From Vulcanimicrobiota bacterium (lineage in GTDB: Bacteria; Vulcanimicrobiota; Vulcanimicrobiia; Eremiobacterales; Eremiobacteraceae): a stretch of DNA of 54,305 bases. Both the position numbers and the translations under genes were made by a program. Every line of letters begins with the position of its first letter. Position 1 is the first letter of the stretch. This document shows, in pieces, positions 10,866 to 18,983 of the stretch. The DNA is taken from assembly GCA_019237415.1 (NCBI GenBank), contig JAFAHD010000007.1, positions 1 through 54,305 of the forward strand, read 5' to 3'. The notes under the pieces were generated by a model. It was not told where the DNA came from and did not search any database. It saw only the letters and a program-made list of their open reading frames with translations.

Positions 10866-11898
10866 AGGGGCGCGGTTCATCTCGCTCGCGAGCATGCTCA
10901 TGCTCGCGGGCGTTTTTGCGCCTGCGGCTGGACCGGCCGCCGCGGCTGCCGCACCGGATGCATACGCCTTGCTCCAAAGCGCCGTCACCGCGGACGATCA
11001 CGTGTCGTTTTCCGGCAGCGTGACGACGCTCGTGTACGGCGGCACATCGACGAGCGCGACGGTGGTGCGCATCGAGCACAAGGCGCCCAACGATTGGCGG
11101 CTGTGGTACGTCGCGCCGGCCGACGCGTACGGACGCCTGATCATCAGCAACGAGTCGGTGGCGTATGAATACGAGCCCACCACGGGCAAGGTCTTCAGCA
11201 ACGATTGGGCTTCGCTGTCGCCCTTTGCGACGACGCTCGACGTGGGGCGGATCAAGCGCAACTACACGATCCAGGTCACCGAGCACGCCGCCGTTGCCGG
11301 CCGCTCTGCGCATATGCTCTCTCTGACGTCGAATTATTCACATGCGCTCGTGCTGCGGCTGTGGGTGGACAGTCCAACCGGCATCATCCTGCGCCGCGAG
11401 ACCTATCATGGCGACGGCACGATCGCGAGCAAGACGGAGTTTGACAGCATTCGGTTCGTCAAAGACCTGCCGGACGATCTGTTCAAGATGACCGTGCCTG
11501 TCGGCATGACCCTGTCGCCAGGCGCCGAGTACGGCGCATCTACCACCGCGATGGATTCGCTGGTGGGAAAACTCAATTTCAAGCCCGTCGGACCGCGCGA
11601 GCTCGCCGACGGCTTTACCTTCGAAAAGGGTTCGACCGCCGATCGGGGCGGCGTGCAGACCGTGCAGTTCGTCTATTCAGATGGATTACGCAGCTTGTCG
11701 CTGTTCGAGAATCCGACCGGACGCTATCCGACGTTTGACGATCCGGCTCCCAAGCCGATGGCGGTCGGCAAGCTTGACGGCAAGTACGTGACCTCTGCCG
11801 GTCAGACGCTGCTGAGCTGGAATGACAACGGGTTGAACTTCACATTGGTCGGCGATCTGCCGGCCAAGGAACTCGCCCACATCGCCTCAGCGCTTTAG
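10855..11898 (+). CDS. RseB/MucB-like (LolA-fold) secreted sigma-regulatory protein
   Basis: GTG at 10855 is preceded by GAGGAG and overlaps the anti-sigma stop. There is a signal-like ISLASMLMLAGVFAPAAGPAAAAAAP and then ALLQSAVTADDHVSFSGSVTT..., resembling the RseB N-domain. It is the third gene of a sigma/anti-sigma trio. Confidence 0.6.
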   Translation: MRSRGARFISLASMLMLAGVFAPAAGPAAAAAAPDAYALLQSAVTADDHVSFSGSVTTLVYGGTSTSATVVRIEHKAPNDWRLWYVAPADAYGRLIISNESVAYEYEPTTGKVFSNDWASLSPFATTLDVGRIKRNYTIQVTEHAAVAGRSAHMLSLTSNYSHALVLRLWVDSPTGIILRRETYHGDGTIASKTEFDSIRFVKDLPDDLFKMTVPVGMTLSPGAEYGASTTAMDSLVGKLNFKPVGPRELADGFTFEKGSTADRGGVQTVQFVYSDGLRSLSLFENPTGRYPTFDDPAPKPMAVGKLDGKYVTSAGQTLLSWNDNGLNFTLVGDLPAKELAHIASAL

Positions 11899-11975
11899 TC
11901 CGGCGTCTCGCGCTCGCCCGGCACGCCACAACACGGCGACCGAAAATCCGAGTTGCGCTGATGCACGTCTAATGT

Positions 11976-13001
11976 CTACTCTCCGTGGAGAACCGTCTCA
12001 ATGATTCTCTTGAGGCGCGGGTCATGCGGCACGTGGGCGGTAGGGACGTGCACGCGGTTCTCGTCAGCGCCGAACGAGCGCGCCAGCGCGCGTCCGCTCG
12101 CGCGCAGATTGGGCAGCGAGTAGCCGCCCTCAAGCACAAACGCCAGTCCTGCGTCATGTTCGGCGGCGGCCTCGCCAAGCAGGCCGCACAGTGCGTCGAC
12201 CGCTTCGACGTGGACCGGCAGTCCAGCGATCGGATCGCCTTCGAGGAAATCGAATCCGGTGGACACGACGATCGTCTTCGGCTTGAGCTTCGCTGCGAGC
12301 GGCGGCAGCAGCATCGACCAAACGCCGATGAAATCGTGCGTGTTCGTCGTCAGGTCGAGGGGCACGTCGATGATGAACCCATTGTCGCTCACGCGCGACT
12401 CGGAAAACGCGCCCGTGCCGGGGTACGCCGGATACGCGTGCGTCGAGATGAAGCCGAGCGGCGCGCCGTCGTCAAGCGCGCGCTGCACCCATGCCTGCGT
12501 GCCGTTGCCGTGGTGGTAGTCGAAATCGACGATCAGCGTAGCGCCGGCGTTGAGCCGCGCCGCGTTCGCGGCGACCGCGACATTGTTGAGCACGCAGAAC
12601 CCCATGCCGCGCGCGGGCTCGGCATGATGCCCGGGCGGACGCACGAGCGCGAACATCGGCCGATCGGCGCGCGCGCGCCGGGCCGCATCAACGGCAGCGC
12701 CCGCGGCGAGCAGCGCGATCTGAAACGAGTCGTGACCGACGATCGCGTCGCCGGTCGGCAGTTCGGCGACGAAATACTCCGGCAACCCTTCGCAGATGCG
12801 CTCGACAAGCCCGATGTACGCCGGGTCGTGCACGCGCGCGAGCGCGGCGCTGTCGACGATCGTCGGCAGCTGGTAGCCGCTCGGGGGCGCGCCGCCTTCT
12901 GTCAGCCCTTCGATGAGCGCGCCTAGTCGCGCCGCTCGTTCCGGGTGGCCTTCACCCGTGAGATGTTCGGTGAACCGGCTGTCGTAGATGACGTCGAGGA
13001 T
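11976..13001 (-). CDS. histone deacetylase-family (AcuC/HdaH-like) amidohydrolase; start inferred at a non-canonical ATC
   Basis: RPPGHHAEPARGMGFCVLNNVAVAA and DFDYHHGNGTQ are zinc-site motifs. The first ATG/GTG/TTG is GTG at 12833, but the in-frame upstream sequence ILDVIYDSRFTEHLTGEGHPERAARL is the conserved HDAC N-terminus. ATC at 12999-13001 sits 7 nt after GAGGA. Confidence 0.8.
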   Translation of the reverse strand: MLDVIYDSRFTEHLTGEGHPERAARLGALIEGLTEGGAPPSGYQLPTIVDSAALARVHDPAYIGLVERICEGLPEYFVAELPTGDAIVGHDSFQIALLAAGAAVDAARRARADRPMFALVRPPGHHAEPARGMGFCVLNNVAVAANAARLNAGATLIVDFDYHHGNGTQAWVQRALDDGAPLGFISTHAYPAYPGTGAFSESRVSDNGFIIDVPLDLTTNTHDFIGVWSMLLPPLAAKLKPKTIVVSTGFDFLEGDPIAGLPVHVEAVDALCGLLGEAAAEHDAGLAFVLEGGYSLPNLRASGRALARSFGADENRVHVPTAHVPHDPRLKRIIETVLHGE

Positions 13002-13013
13002 CGCGCGGTCCTC

Positions 13014-14492
13014 TTATTGCGAGAGCTGCTTGATGTACGCGCGCGCTTTGGCCGCGCCGTCGCCTGAGGGCTGCAGCGCGAGGTAGGCCTTGTATGCTGC
13101 GACCGCATCCGGCTTGTCGCCGAGCATCCGGTTCGCGTCGCCGAGGAAGAACCATACCTGCGCATCGGGATGCTTGGGGTCCTGATGCGTGGCGATCGCC
13201 TCGAACGCGTCGCGCGCGTTGCGGTAATCCTTGAGCGAGTAGAACGCGACCGCCAGGTTGTAGAGCGCGGTCGCCGAGTGCGTGGTCTCGAACGTCTTTT
13301 GGAAGTCATCGCGGGCCTGCGCCCAATTGCCCATGGTGCCGTAGGCTTCACCCGCGAAGAACAGCGCGTCGGGGTTGTTCGGGTCCTTGGCGAGTATCTT
13401 GTTGAACTGCTCGAGCGCCTTGCTCGGATTGTGCAGCCCACCGAGCTGCAGCCGGCCGTACTCGAAGAGGATGCGCGGGTCGTCCGGCGTGATGGCGAGC
13501 GCCTGCTCGAACTCCTGCGCTGATTGCTGCCAGCGCTTCTGGTTTTGATCGTACTCGGCTTGCAGCACGTACGGCTCGGTGGCTTTGGGGTGGTCCTTTT
13601 CGGCGAGCGCGAATTCTTGGCGCGCCTGATCGATCATGTTCTTCGAGAGGTACAGCTCGGCGATGTCGTCCTCGGGCTCGACCGCGGTGGGCTGCATCTT
13701 GACGATAGAGGTCAGCAGCGCCACCGCGCCGTTGATATCGCCCTTGTCGGCCAGCGCCTCAGCCTTTGCGTGCAGTGCTTCGACGTCTTTCGGATCGCCC
13801 TTGAGGATGATGTCGAACTGCGCGATGGCGAGATCGGGCTGCGGCGTCTTGTCCGCCAGATACGAGCGGCCGAGGATCATGTGCGCGCGGTCGTCGGTCG
13901 GATCCATCGTGAGCGACTTGATGACGTTCGCCCGGCCTTCTTCCGTCTGGCCCTTGTCGAGTTGCACGGTGCCGAGCGCGAGATAGCCGAACGCTTCGGT
14001 GGGATGCAGCGCCACCGCGCGCTGCGCGATGCGCATCGCGTCGTCTGATCTGTTGACCGCGAGATAGGCGTCCGCCAGGTTGGAGAGGACGGCGGGGTTG
14101 CTCGGATCGGCGAGCTCGGCCTTTTCGAACGCGGTCACCGTATCAGGCATGTCGTTGAGCATGCGATCGGCGACGCCGATGTAGAACCAGAGTTGCGCAT
14201 CGTTCGCGCCCAGTCGAACGGCGTTCTCAAGCTGGTCGCGGCCCCCCGACGCATTGCCGGTGGTTATGAGCAGCACGCCGAGCTCTTCCCGAGCCTCCTT
14301 GTCGTTGGGGTTGTCCTGGATGGTCTGCTGCAGCGTCTTTATCCGCTCTTGCGGCGTCTCGGTGGGCGATTCGGAGGGGGACGGGCTTACGCTCGAGGCG
14401 GGCTTGGGTTTTGCGAACGCCGCGGGCGGCGTCTGAGAAAAGGCCGCGAGGCCACACGCGAGCAGGCAAAGGACGATGAAGATTCGGTGCAA
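13014..14492 (-). CDS. tetratricopeptide-repeat lipoprotein
   Basis: MHRIFIVLCLLACG is lipobox-like, followed by about 10 TPR-like 34-aa repeats (..A...F.KAL...P....A...LG..Y). Confidence 0.8.
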   Translation of the reverse strand: MHRIFIVLCLLACGLAAFSQTPPAAFAKPKPASSVSPSPSESPTETPQERIKTLQQTIQDNPNDKEAREELGVLLITTGNASGGRDQLENAVRLGANDAQLWFYIGVADRMLNDMPDTVTAFEKAELADPSNPAVLSNLADAYLAVNRSDDAMRIAQRAVALHPTEAFGYLALGTVQLDKGQTEEGRANVIKSLTMDPTDDRAHMILGRSYLADKTPQPDLAIAQFDIILKGDPKDVEALHAKAEALADKGDINGAVALLTSIVKMQPTAVEPEDDIAELYLSKNMIDQARQEFALAEKDHPKATEPYVLQAEYDQNQKRWQQSAQEFEQALAITPDDPRILFEYGRLQLGGLHNPSKALEQFNKILAKDPNNPDALFFAGEAYGTMGNWAQARDDFQKTFETTHSATALYNLAVAFYSLKDYRNARDAFEAIATHQDPKHPDAQVWFFLGDANRMLGDKPDAVAAYKAYLALQPSGDGAAKARAYIKQLSQ

Positions 14493-14514
14493 TGTGACTC
14501 CTACGTGATGAACG

Positions 14515-15495
14515 CTAGGCGTTCGCGCGACGTTCCTTGACGAGGGTGGTCAGCTCGGGCACGATCTGGAAAAGGTCGCCGACGACGCCAAGGTCTGAGA
14601 ATTCGAAGATCGGGGCGTTCGGGTCTTTGTTGATGGCCACGATCGTGCCGGCCGAACGCATGCCGACCTTGTGCTGGATCGCCCCCGAGATCCCCACCGC
14701 GATGTACAGCTGGGGCGACACGGTCTTGCCGGTCTGGCCGACCTGGTGCGAGTGCGGGATCCAGCCCGCATCGACTGCGGCGCGCGACGCGCCGACCGCG
14801 CCGCCCAGGGCTTCGGCAAGCGCTTCGATGATATCGAAATGCTCTGGCCCGCCCAGCCCGCGCCCGCCCGAAACGACGATGCCCGCCTCCTCGACGCCGA
14901 GCTTGCCCGCCTCTTGCGATACTTTCTCTTCGACTGTCACCGCGTAGCTCTTGCCGGCAGGGCTCTGCAGCTGCTTGATCTCTCCCTTGCCAGGCTCTTG
15001 GCGCGCGATGAAGCTGTTCGCGCGGCAGGTGAGCACGCCGTAGTCCGAGTTTTTGAACGCCTTGGTGGCGATCACCGAACCGCCGAACTTCGGCGATTGC
15101 GCGCTGATGACGCCGTCCTTGACGGCGATGTCGGTAACGTCAGTGATGACGCCCGCGCTCAGGCGGACACCGATCCGCGCGGCGATGTCCTTGCCAAGGT
15201 TGGTGAGCGGAAAGAGCGCCACGCTGGGGCCCAATTGTTTGAGCAGCGCTTCGACTGCATCGACGGCCGGGTCGTTCAAGTGGGCGTCGACGAGGTTGTC
15301 CTCGCTCACCCAAATCGCGTCTATCGGCGTCGATTTCAGCGGCTCCGCAGCCTTGCTCGCCCCTTTGCCGAGGACGACTGCCGCCGACGGCACGCCGAGC
15401 TCCTTGGCGATATCCGCACCGCGCGTGCACATCTCGAGGCCGATGCGCCGGATCGCGCCGTCCTCGTGTTCGACAAAGACCAAGACTGATTTCAT
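14515..15495 (-). CDS. etfA: electron transfer flavoprotein alpha subunit
   Basis: MKSVLVFVEHEDG..., with the C-terminal FAD-binding block VSPQLYIAVGISGAIQHKVGM. Confidence 0.93.
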   Translation of the reverse strand: MKSVLVFVEHEDGAIRRIGLEMCTRGADIAKELGVPSAAVVLGKGASKAAEPLKSTPIDAIWVSEDNLVDAHLNDPAVDAVEALLKQLGPSVALFPLTNLGKDIAARIGVRLSAGVITDVTDIAVKDGVISAQSPKFGGSVIATKAFKNSDYGVLTCRANSFIARQEPGKGEIKQLQSPAGKSYAVTVEEKVSQEAGKLGVEEAGIVVSGGRGLGGPEHFDIIEALAEALGGAVGASRAAVDAGWIPHSHQVGQTGKTVSPQLYIAVGISGAIQHKVGMRSAGTIVAINKDPNAPIFEFSDLGVVGDLFQIVPELTTLVKERRANA

Positions 15496-15502
15496 CGACG
15501 CT

Positions 15503-16294
15503 TTAGACCACCTTCTTGGCGATCAGGAAGTCGAGGATCTGTTTTGCGCCTTCCTTAGGATCGGACACGCTGATGACTTGGCCTTTCTGGCGCGCACCGA
15601 CCGCGGCATACGACTCCATGACCGTCTTGCTGCCCGCTTCGCCGAGCTTGCCCGCCTCGGCGCCGATCTCCGCAAGCGTCGGCGTCTTGATCTCCTTTTT
15701 CTTGGCGCCCATGATGCCTTTGAGCGTCGGATAGCGCGGTTCGTTGATCGCCTTGGTGACGGAGACGAGCGCCGGCAGCGGCGCGCGCACGCGCAGATAG
15801 CCGGTCTCCGTCTCGCGTTGCGCTTCGACCGCGCCGTCAGCGATGGTCAGCTTCTTCACGTAGGTGAGGCACGGGACCCCGAGGTGCTCTGCGACCGCGG
15901 CGGGCACGACGCTGCAAATGGCGTCCGTGCTCTGCGTGCCGGAGAGCACGAGGTCGAATCCGATGTTCTTGAGCGTTTGCGCGAGCACGTACGCGGTGGC
16001 CATCGCGTCGCTGCCGCCGATGGCATCGTCTGAGAGCAACACCGCATTGTCGGCGCCCATGCCGAGCGCCTTGCGCACGACGTCGGTCGCAGTCGGCGGC
16101 GCCATGGTGAGAATTGTGACCGTGGTGTCGGCGCCCTGCGCTTCTTTGATGCGCAATGCTTCCTCGATCGCATACTCGTCGAAGGGATTAAGGACGTTCT
16201 CGATCGTGGTGCGGTTCAACCGCCCGGTGGCCGGATCGAACGTCTTTTCGGCGTTCGTATCGGGCACTTGCTTCACGGTGACGACGATCTTCAA
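15503..16294 (-). CDS. etfB: electron transfer flavoprotein beta subunit
   Basis: MKIVVTVKQVPDTNAEKTFD..., typical EtfB sequence. It lies directly upstream of etfA. Confidence 0.93.
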   Translation of the reverse strand: MKIVVTVKQVPDTNAEKTFDPATGRLNRTTIENVLNPFDEYAIEEALRIKEAQGADTTVTILTMAPPTATDVVRKALGMGADNAVLLSDDAIGGSDAMATAYVLAQTLKNIGFDLVLSGTQSTDAICSVVPAAVAEHLGVPCLTYVKKLTIADGAVEAQRETETGYLRVRAPLPALVSVTKAINEPRYPTLKGIMGAKKKEIKTPTLAEIGAEAGKLGEAGSKTVMESYAAVGARQKGQVISVSDPKEGAKQILDFLIAKKVV

Positions 16295-16345
16295 GTCGTG
16301 GGGCTCCAGAACGAAGTTGACCTCGCGGTCGCCGCGGTGGACAGA

Positions 16346-16363
16346 CGCGGCCGTTCGGCCGCG
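16346..16363 (-). terminator. GC hairpin (CGCGGCC-GAAC-GGCCGCG) between the hydrolase-fold gene and etfB; possible U-tract-less terminator or 5'UTR structure
   Basis: Perfect 7-bp stem with a 4-nt loop, read directly in the 184-nt intergenic region. No U-tract follows. Confidence 0.25.
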
Positions 16364-16478
16364 CGAGAGACTGCGATGCGTGGAACGCGCCGGGCTTCTT
16401 CCCGGGCGGCCCTGCGCCCCTGCCGCCGCTGTGCGCTAGGTCGGCTTGGGCGCTTCGCTTTGGCCCTGAGGCCGGCGC

Positions 16479-17801
16479 CTACGGATGCGCCGGCAACGTG
16501 CTCAGGAAGTTCTTGATGGCGGCATTGAGCGCGTCCGGCTGGTCGAGCATCACGAAGTCTTTCGAGTTCGCGATCGTCTGGACCGTGACGTTGCGCGCGC
16601 CGGCATACTCGGACGCGTAGTAGTTGCGTACGGTCGCCGTGAGCTGATCCGGCGTGAGCGCCCGCAGCCGATCGTTCATGTACGGCGCTTGGCTGGAAAC
16701 CGGTGCGATGACAAGCAATGGCGCCGTGACGGTGCCTAAGTTCGGGCGCAGATCTTCGAGCGACATCTCGCTCATCGCGCCGGCGACGGTGGCGCGGTCG
16801 CTGCGCAAGGAGTGCGCGGCGACGTTTTGCGCTTGGGCGGTGTCGGTCACCATCGTCGCGATCGTCGATTGCAACTGATCCTGGTACAGCCAATCGGGCG
16901 CCGATACGATGCCGTCCGTAAACGATGCGATGCTTTGCGCTCGCTGCTCGACGGTTTGGCCGGCTTGCAACGGCGGAAAGAACGGGGTCTGGTCGACGAT
17001 GACCGCACCCGCAAACGCATCTGGATGTTCTTCCATCAAACGCAGCGCGAGATGACCGCCGAAACCGTGACCCACGAGCACCGGCCGCTTTAGCTGCTCT
17101 TGCGCGACGAGCTTCATGACAGCCGCGTCGGCTTGCTGCAAATACGGCGGCGAGGCCGGTGTTGTGCCGTCGAAACCCGCTATGGTCGCCGCGTAGATGA
17201 CGCGATCGGTCGCAAACGCACCGATCGTGCTCTGCCACTCCCACGCGCTCATCGAGAGTGCGGGAATGAGGATGAGCGCTGGCGCGGGATCGTTCGCGGG
17301 ACCATACTTGTCGAAACGAACCGTGCCGATCGGGATGCTTTGCGTCGGAGCGGTGACGACCGGCGATGCCAACGCGACACCGCTAAAGGCACCCCAGAGC
17401 GCACCGGAACACAAGGTAAGCCCACCAAGACCGATGATTGCGAACGCCACGGCAAAAGCTTGAAGGAAGCTTGGATGTCGCGACCTGGGTGCCCACCATC
17501 GGTACGCCATGAACGCCAGAATGGCGAGCGCGACGTCCACGACGATGACGGTGATGCTCATTCCGATACGCGATGGCCGCCCCTGCGAACTAAGCCCTGC
17601 CGCGAGGCCCAGTACTGCCAGCACCGTACCGACGATGCCGCCGAGGAAGCAGCCGGCAAACCCGTACTGGAACGCGTACGGATCGCGCGCCGGCGTCAAC
17701 CCTGGTGTAGCCGGCTGCGCAAGCGCAACTGCGTGGCCGCAGTTCGGGCAGGTCGTCGCCGACGGTTCTAGTGGACCGCCGCAGTGTGCGCAATTCGCGA
17801 T
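16479..17801 (-). CDS. zinc-ribbon + multi-TM + alpha/beta-hydrolase-fold protein lacking the nucleophile serine; start inferred at ATC
   Basis: The track ORF starts at TTG 17699. The in-frame upstream sequence reads IANCAHCGGPLEPSATTCPNCGHAV, a CxxC...CxxC zinc ribbon, with AAAGGAG 8 nt before ATC at 17799-17801. Four hydrophobic helices follow, then an alpha/beta fold whose elbow reads VGHGFGG rather than GHSxGG. Confidence 0.7.
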   Translation of the reverse strand: MANCAHCGGPLEPSATTCPNCGHAVALAQPATPGLTPARDPYAFQYGFAGCFLGGIVGTVLAVLGLAAGLSSQGRPSRIGMSITVIVVDVALAILAFMAYRWWAPRSRHPSFLQAFAVAFAIIGLGGLTLCSGALWGAFSGVALASPVVTAPTQSIPIGTVRFDKYGPANDPAPALILIPALSMSAWEWQSTIGAFATDRVIYAATIAGFDGTTPASPPYLQQADAAVMKLVAQEQLKRPVLVGHGFGGHLALRLMEEHPDAFAGAVIVDQTPFFPPLQAGQTVEQRAQSIASFTDGIVSAPDWLYQDQLQSTIATMVTDTAQAQNVAAHSLRSDRATVAGAMSEMSLEDLRPNLGTVTAPLLVIAPVSSQAPYMNDRLRALTPDQLTATVRNYYASEYAGARNVTVQTIANSKDFVMLDQPDALNAAIKNFLSTLPAHP

Positions 17802-18457
17802 GGCGCCATCTCCTTTGCGGCCAGTTCCATCATCTTATACGCGAAGAACGCGAGCCCGGCCAAGCAAGCGTACTGCGCGAGCGTGAGCCCGGCCAGCAGC
17901 GCCGGTCCTTCTCGGAAGAACTCGATCGCAAACCGCGAGCTGCACAGCAGCAGCCCCTGGAGATAGAACAGCGCGTTCTCAGGCAGGGGTTTGCGATGCA
18001 GCTGCCACAGGACGATGAATATCGCGGTGGCAGCCAGCGCCAGATAGGCCTGTGTCGGATGGCGATACGCGCCGTGCTCGTATACCGCCCACGGAAGGCC
18101 AGTCGCGATCTTGCCGTAGCAGCATTGACCGAAGAAACAACCCCAGCGTCCGACGGCCTCTCCAGCGGCGAGGCCCATCGCGAACAAGTCGCCGGTCGGA
18201 CGTACGATGCCGAGATACCGCTTCATGAGCACGACGGCGATGTAGCCGCAGACGATTCCGCCCAACAGCGTCTTGCCTGGCGAGCCGGTCGCGATCAATT
18301 GCGTGAGGTTCGCGCCGGCGAGTCCACCGACGAGCCCCGCGCTCATGAGCATCCAGACGCCGGTCGTCGCGATGCCGCGGCGGCGCGCCATGTAGCCGAA
18401 CGCCGCGAGCCCCGCGAGGTAGCCGAGCGCGTAACACACAGCAGAAACGACGATCAT
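17768..18457 (-). CDS. Lgt-family (prolipoprotein diacylglyceryl transferase-like) membrane protein, short divergent paralogue
   Basis: Polytopic protein with GRWGCFFGQCCYGK at the position of the Lgt GRxGNFxNxE motif, plus YRHPTQAYLAL and RFAIEFFRE blocks. It is only 229 aa. Confidence 0.75.
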   Translation of the reverse strand: MIVVSAVCYALGYLAGLAAFGYMARRRGIATTGVWMLMSAGLVGGLAGANLTQLIATGSPGKTLLGGIVCGYIAVVLMKRYLGIVRPTGDLFAMGLAAGEAVGRWGCFFGQCCYGKIATGLPWAVYEHGAYRHPTQAYLALAATAIFIVLWQLHRKPLPENALFYLQGLLLCSSRFAIEFFREGPALLAGLTLAQYACLAGLAFFAYKMMELAAKEMAPSRIAHTAAVH

Positions 18458-18469
18458 GCGGACATCTCC

Positions 18470-18718
18470 TTAGTGCATTCCACCATTTCCAAGGTTGCTG
18501 CATATCGCGAGCGCACCAAGGAACAACGCGACCGGCACGAGCACCGCGCAGCCCACGAACGAGCCGAGAACTATTATCCAGGTCCTGTTCTTTCGCGCGA
18601 GGTAGCGTTGCCGCTCAGGCGAGAGATTGAACGATCCGCAGTTGGGGCAGACCGACATGTTCGCCTGCAGCGGCTTGCCGCAATGTTCGCACGGCGTGTC
18701 CAAGCGCCGGTCAGCCAC
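18470..18718 (-). CDS. zinc-ribbon domain membrane protein (82 aa)
   Basis: GTG start overlapping the upstream stop. CEHCGKPLQANMSVCPNCG is followed by one TM segment, WIIVLGSFVGCAVLVPVALFLGALAI. Confidence 0.6.
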   Translation of the reverse strand: MADRRLDTPCEHCGKPLQANMSVCPNCGSFNLSPERQRYLARKNRTWIIVLGSFVGCAVLVPVALFLGALAICSNLGNGGMH

Positions 18719-18983
18719 GGAAGAACTGCCAATACACTTGAAATGCGGCGATGCCGGCCATCGCGATGACGACCCAGGGTGGTTTCACGAAGCAGCGCCA
18801 CTCGCGCACGCCGGACGCGGCGGCATACAGATACAGTCCGGTCGCGATCGCCGCGGTCGCGAGCAGCGTGTACTTGCCGAAGAGCAGCGCCAAGAAGGCA
18901 GCCTTGCAGAACGTGAACGCCCAGCCTTCGACCATCTCGCCGCGCTGACGCCTGGCTTCGAGGGCCGGATTGTCAACCGCCAT
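18711..18983 (-). CDS. small two-TM membrane protein (90 aa), unknown function
   Basis: The ATG overlaps the radical SAM stop by 11 nt. There are two hydrophobic segments (FLALLFGKYTLLATAAIATGLYLYAAA and PPWVVIAMAGIAAFQVYW). Confidence 0.5.
   Translation of the reverse strand: MAVDNPALEARRQRGEMVEGWAFTFCKAAFLALLFGKYTLLATAAIATGLYLYAAASGVREWRCFVKPPWVVIAMAGIAAFQVYWQFFRG

Noticed and set aside
13002-13016. Possibility that the TPR gene and the HDAC-family gene form one protein by read-through of the TAA at 13014-13016, since they are in the same frame.
   Set aside because: The TPR protein has an export signal while the deacetylase fold is cytoplasmic. A GAGGA box is correctly spaced before the ATC. 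No read-through context or recoding signal is evident. Independent initiation is more parsimonious.
16398-16418. Second small hairpin (CCGGG-CTTCTT-CCCGG) in the etfB upstream region, considered as a regulatory RNA.
   Set aside because: It has only a 5-bp stem, no flanking conservation can be assessed, and such hairpins arise by chance in GC-rich intergenic DNA.
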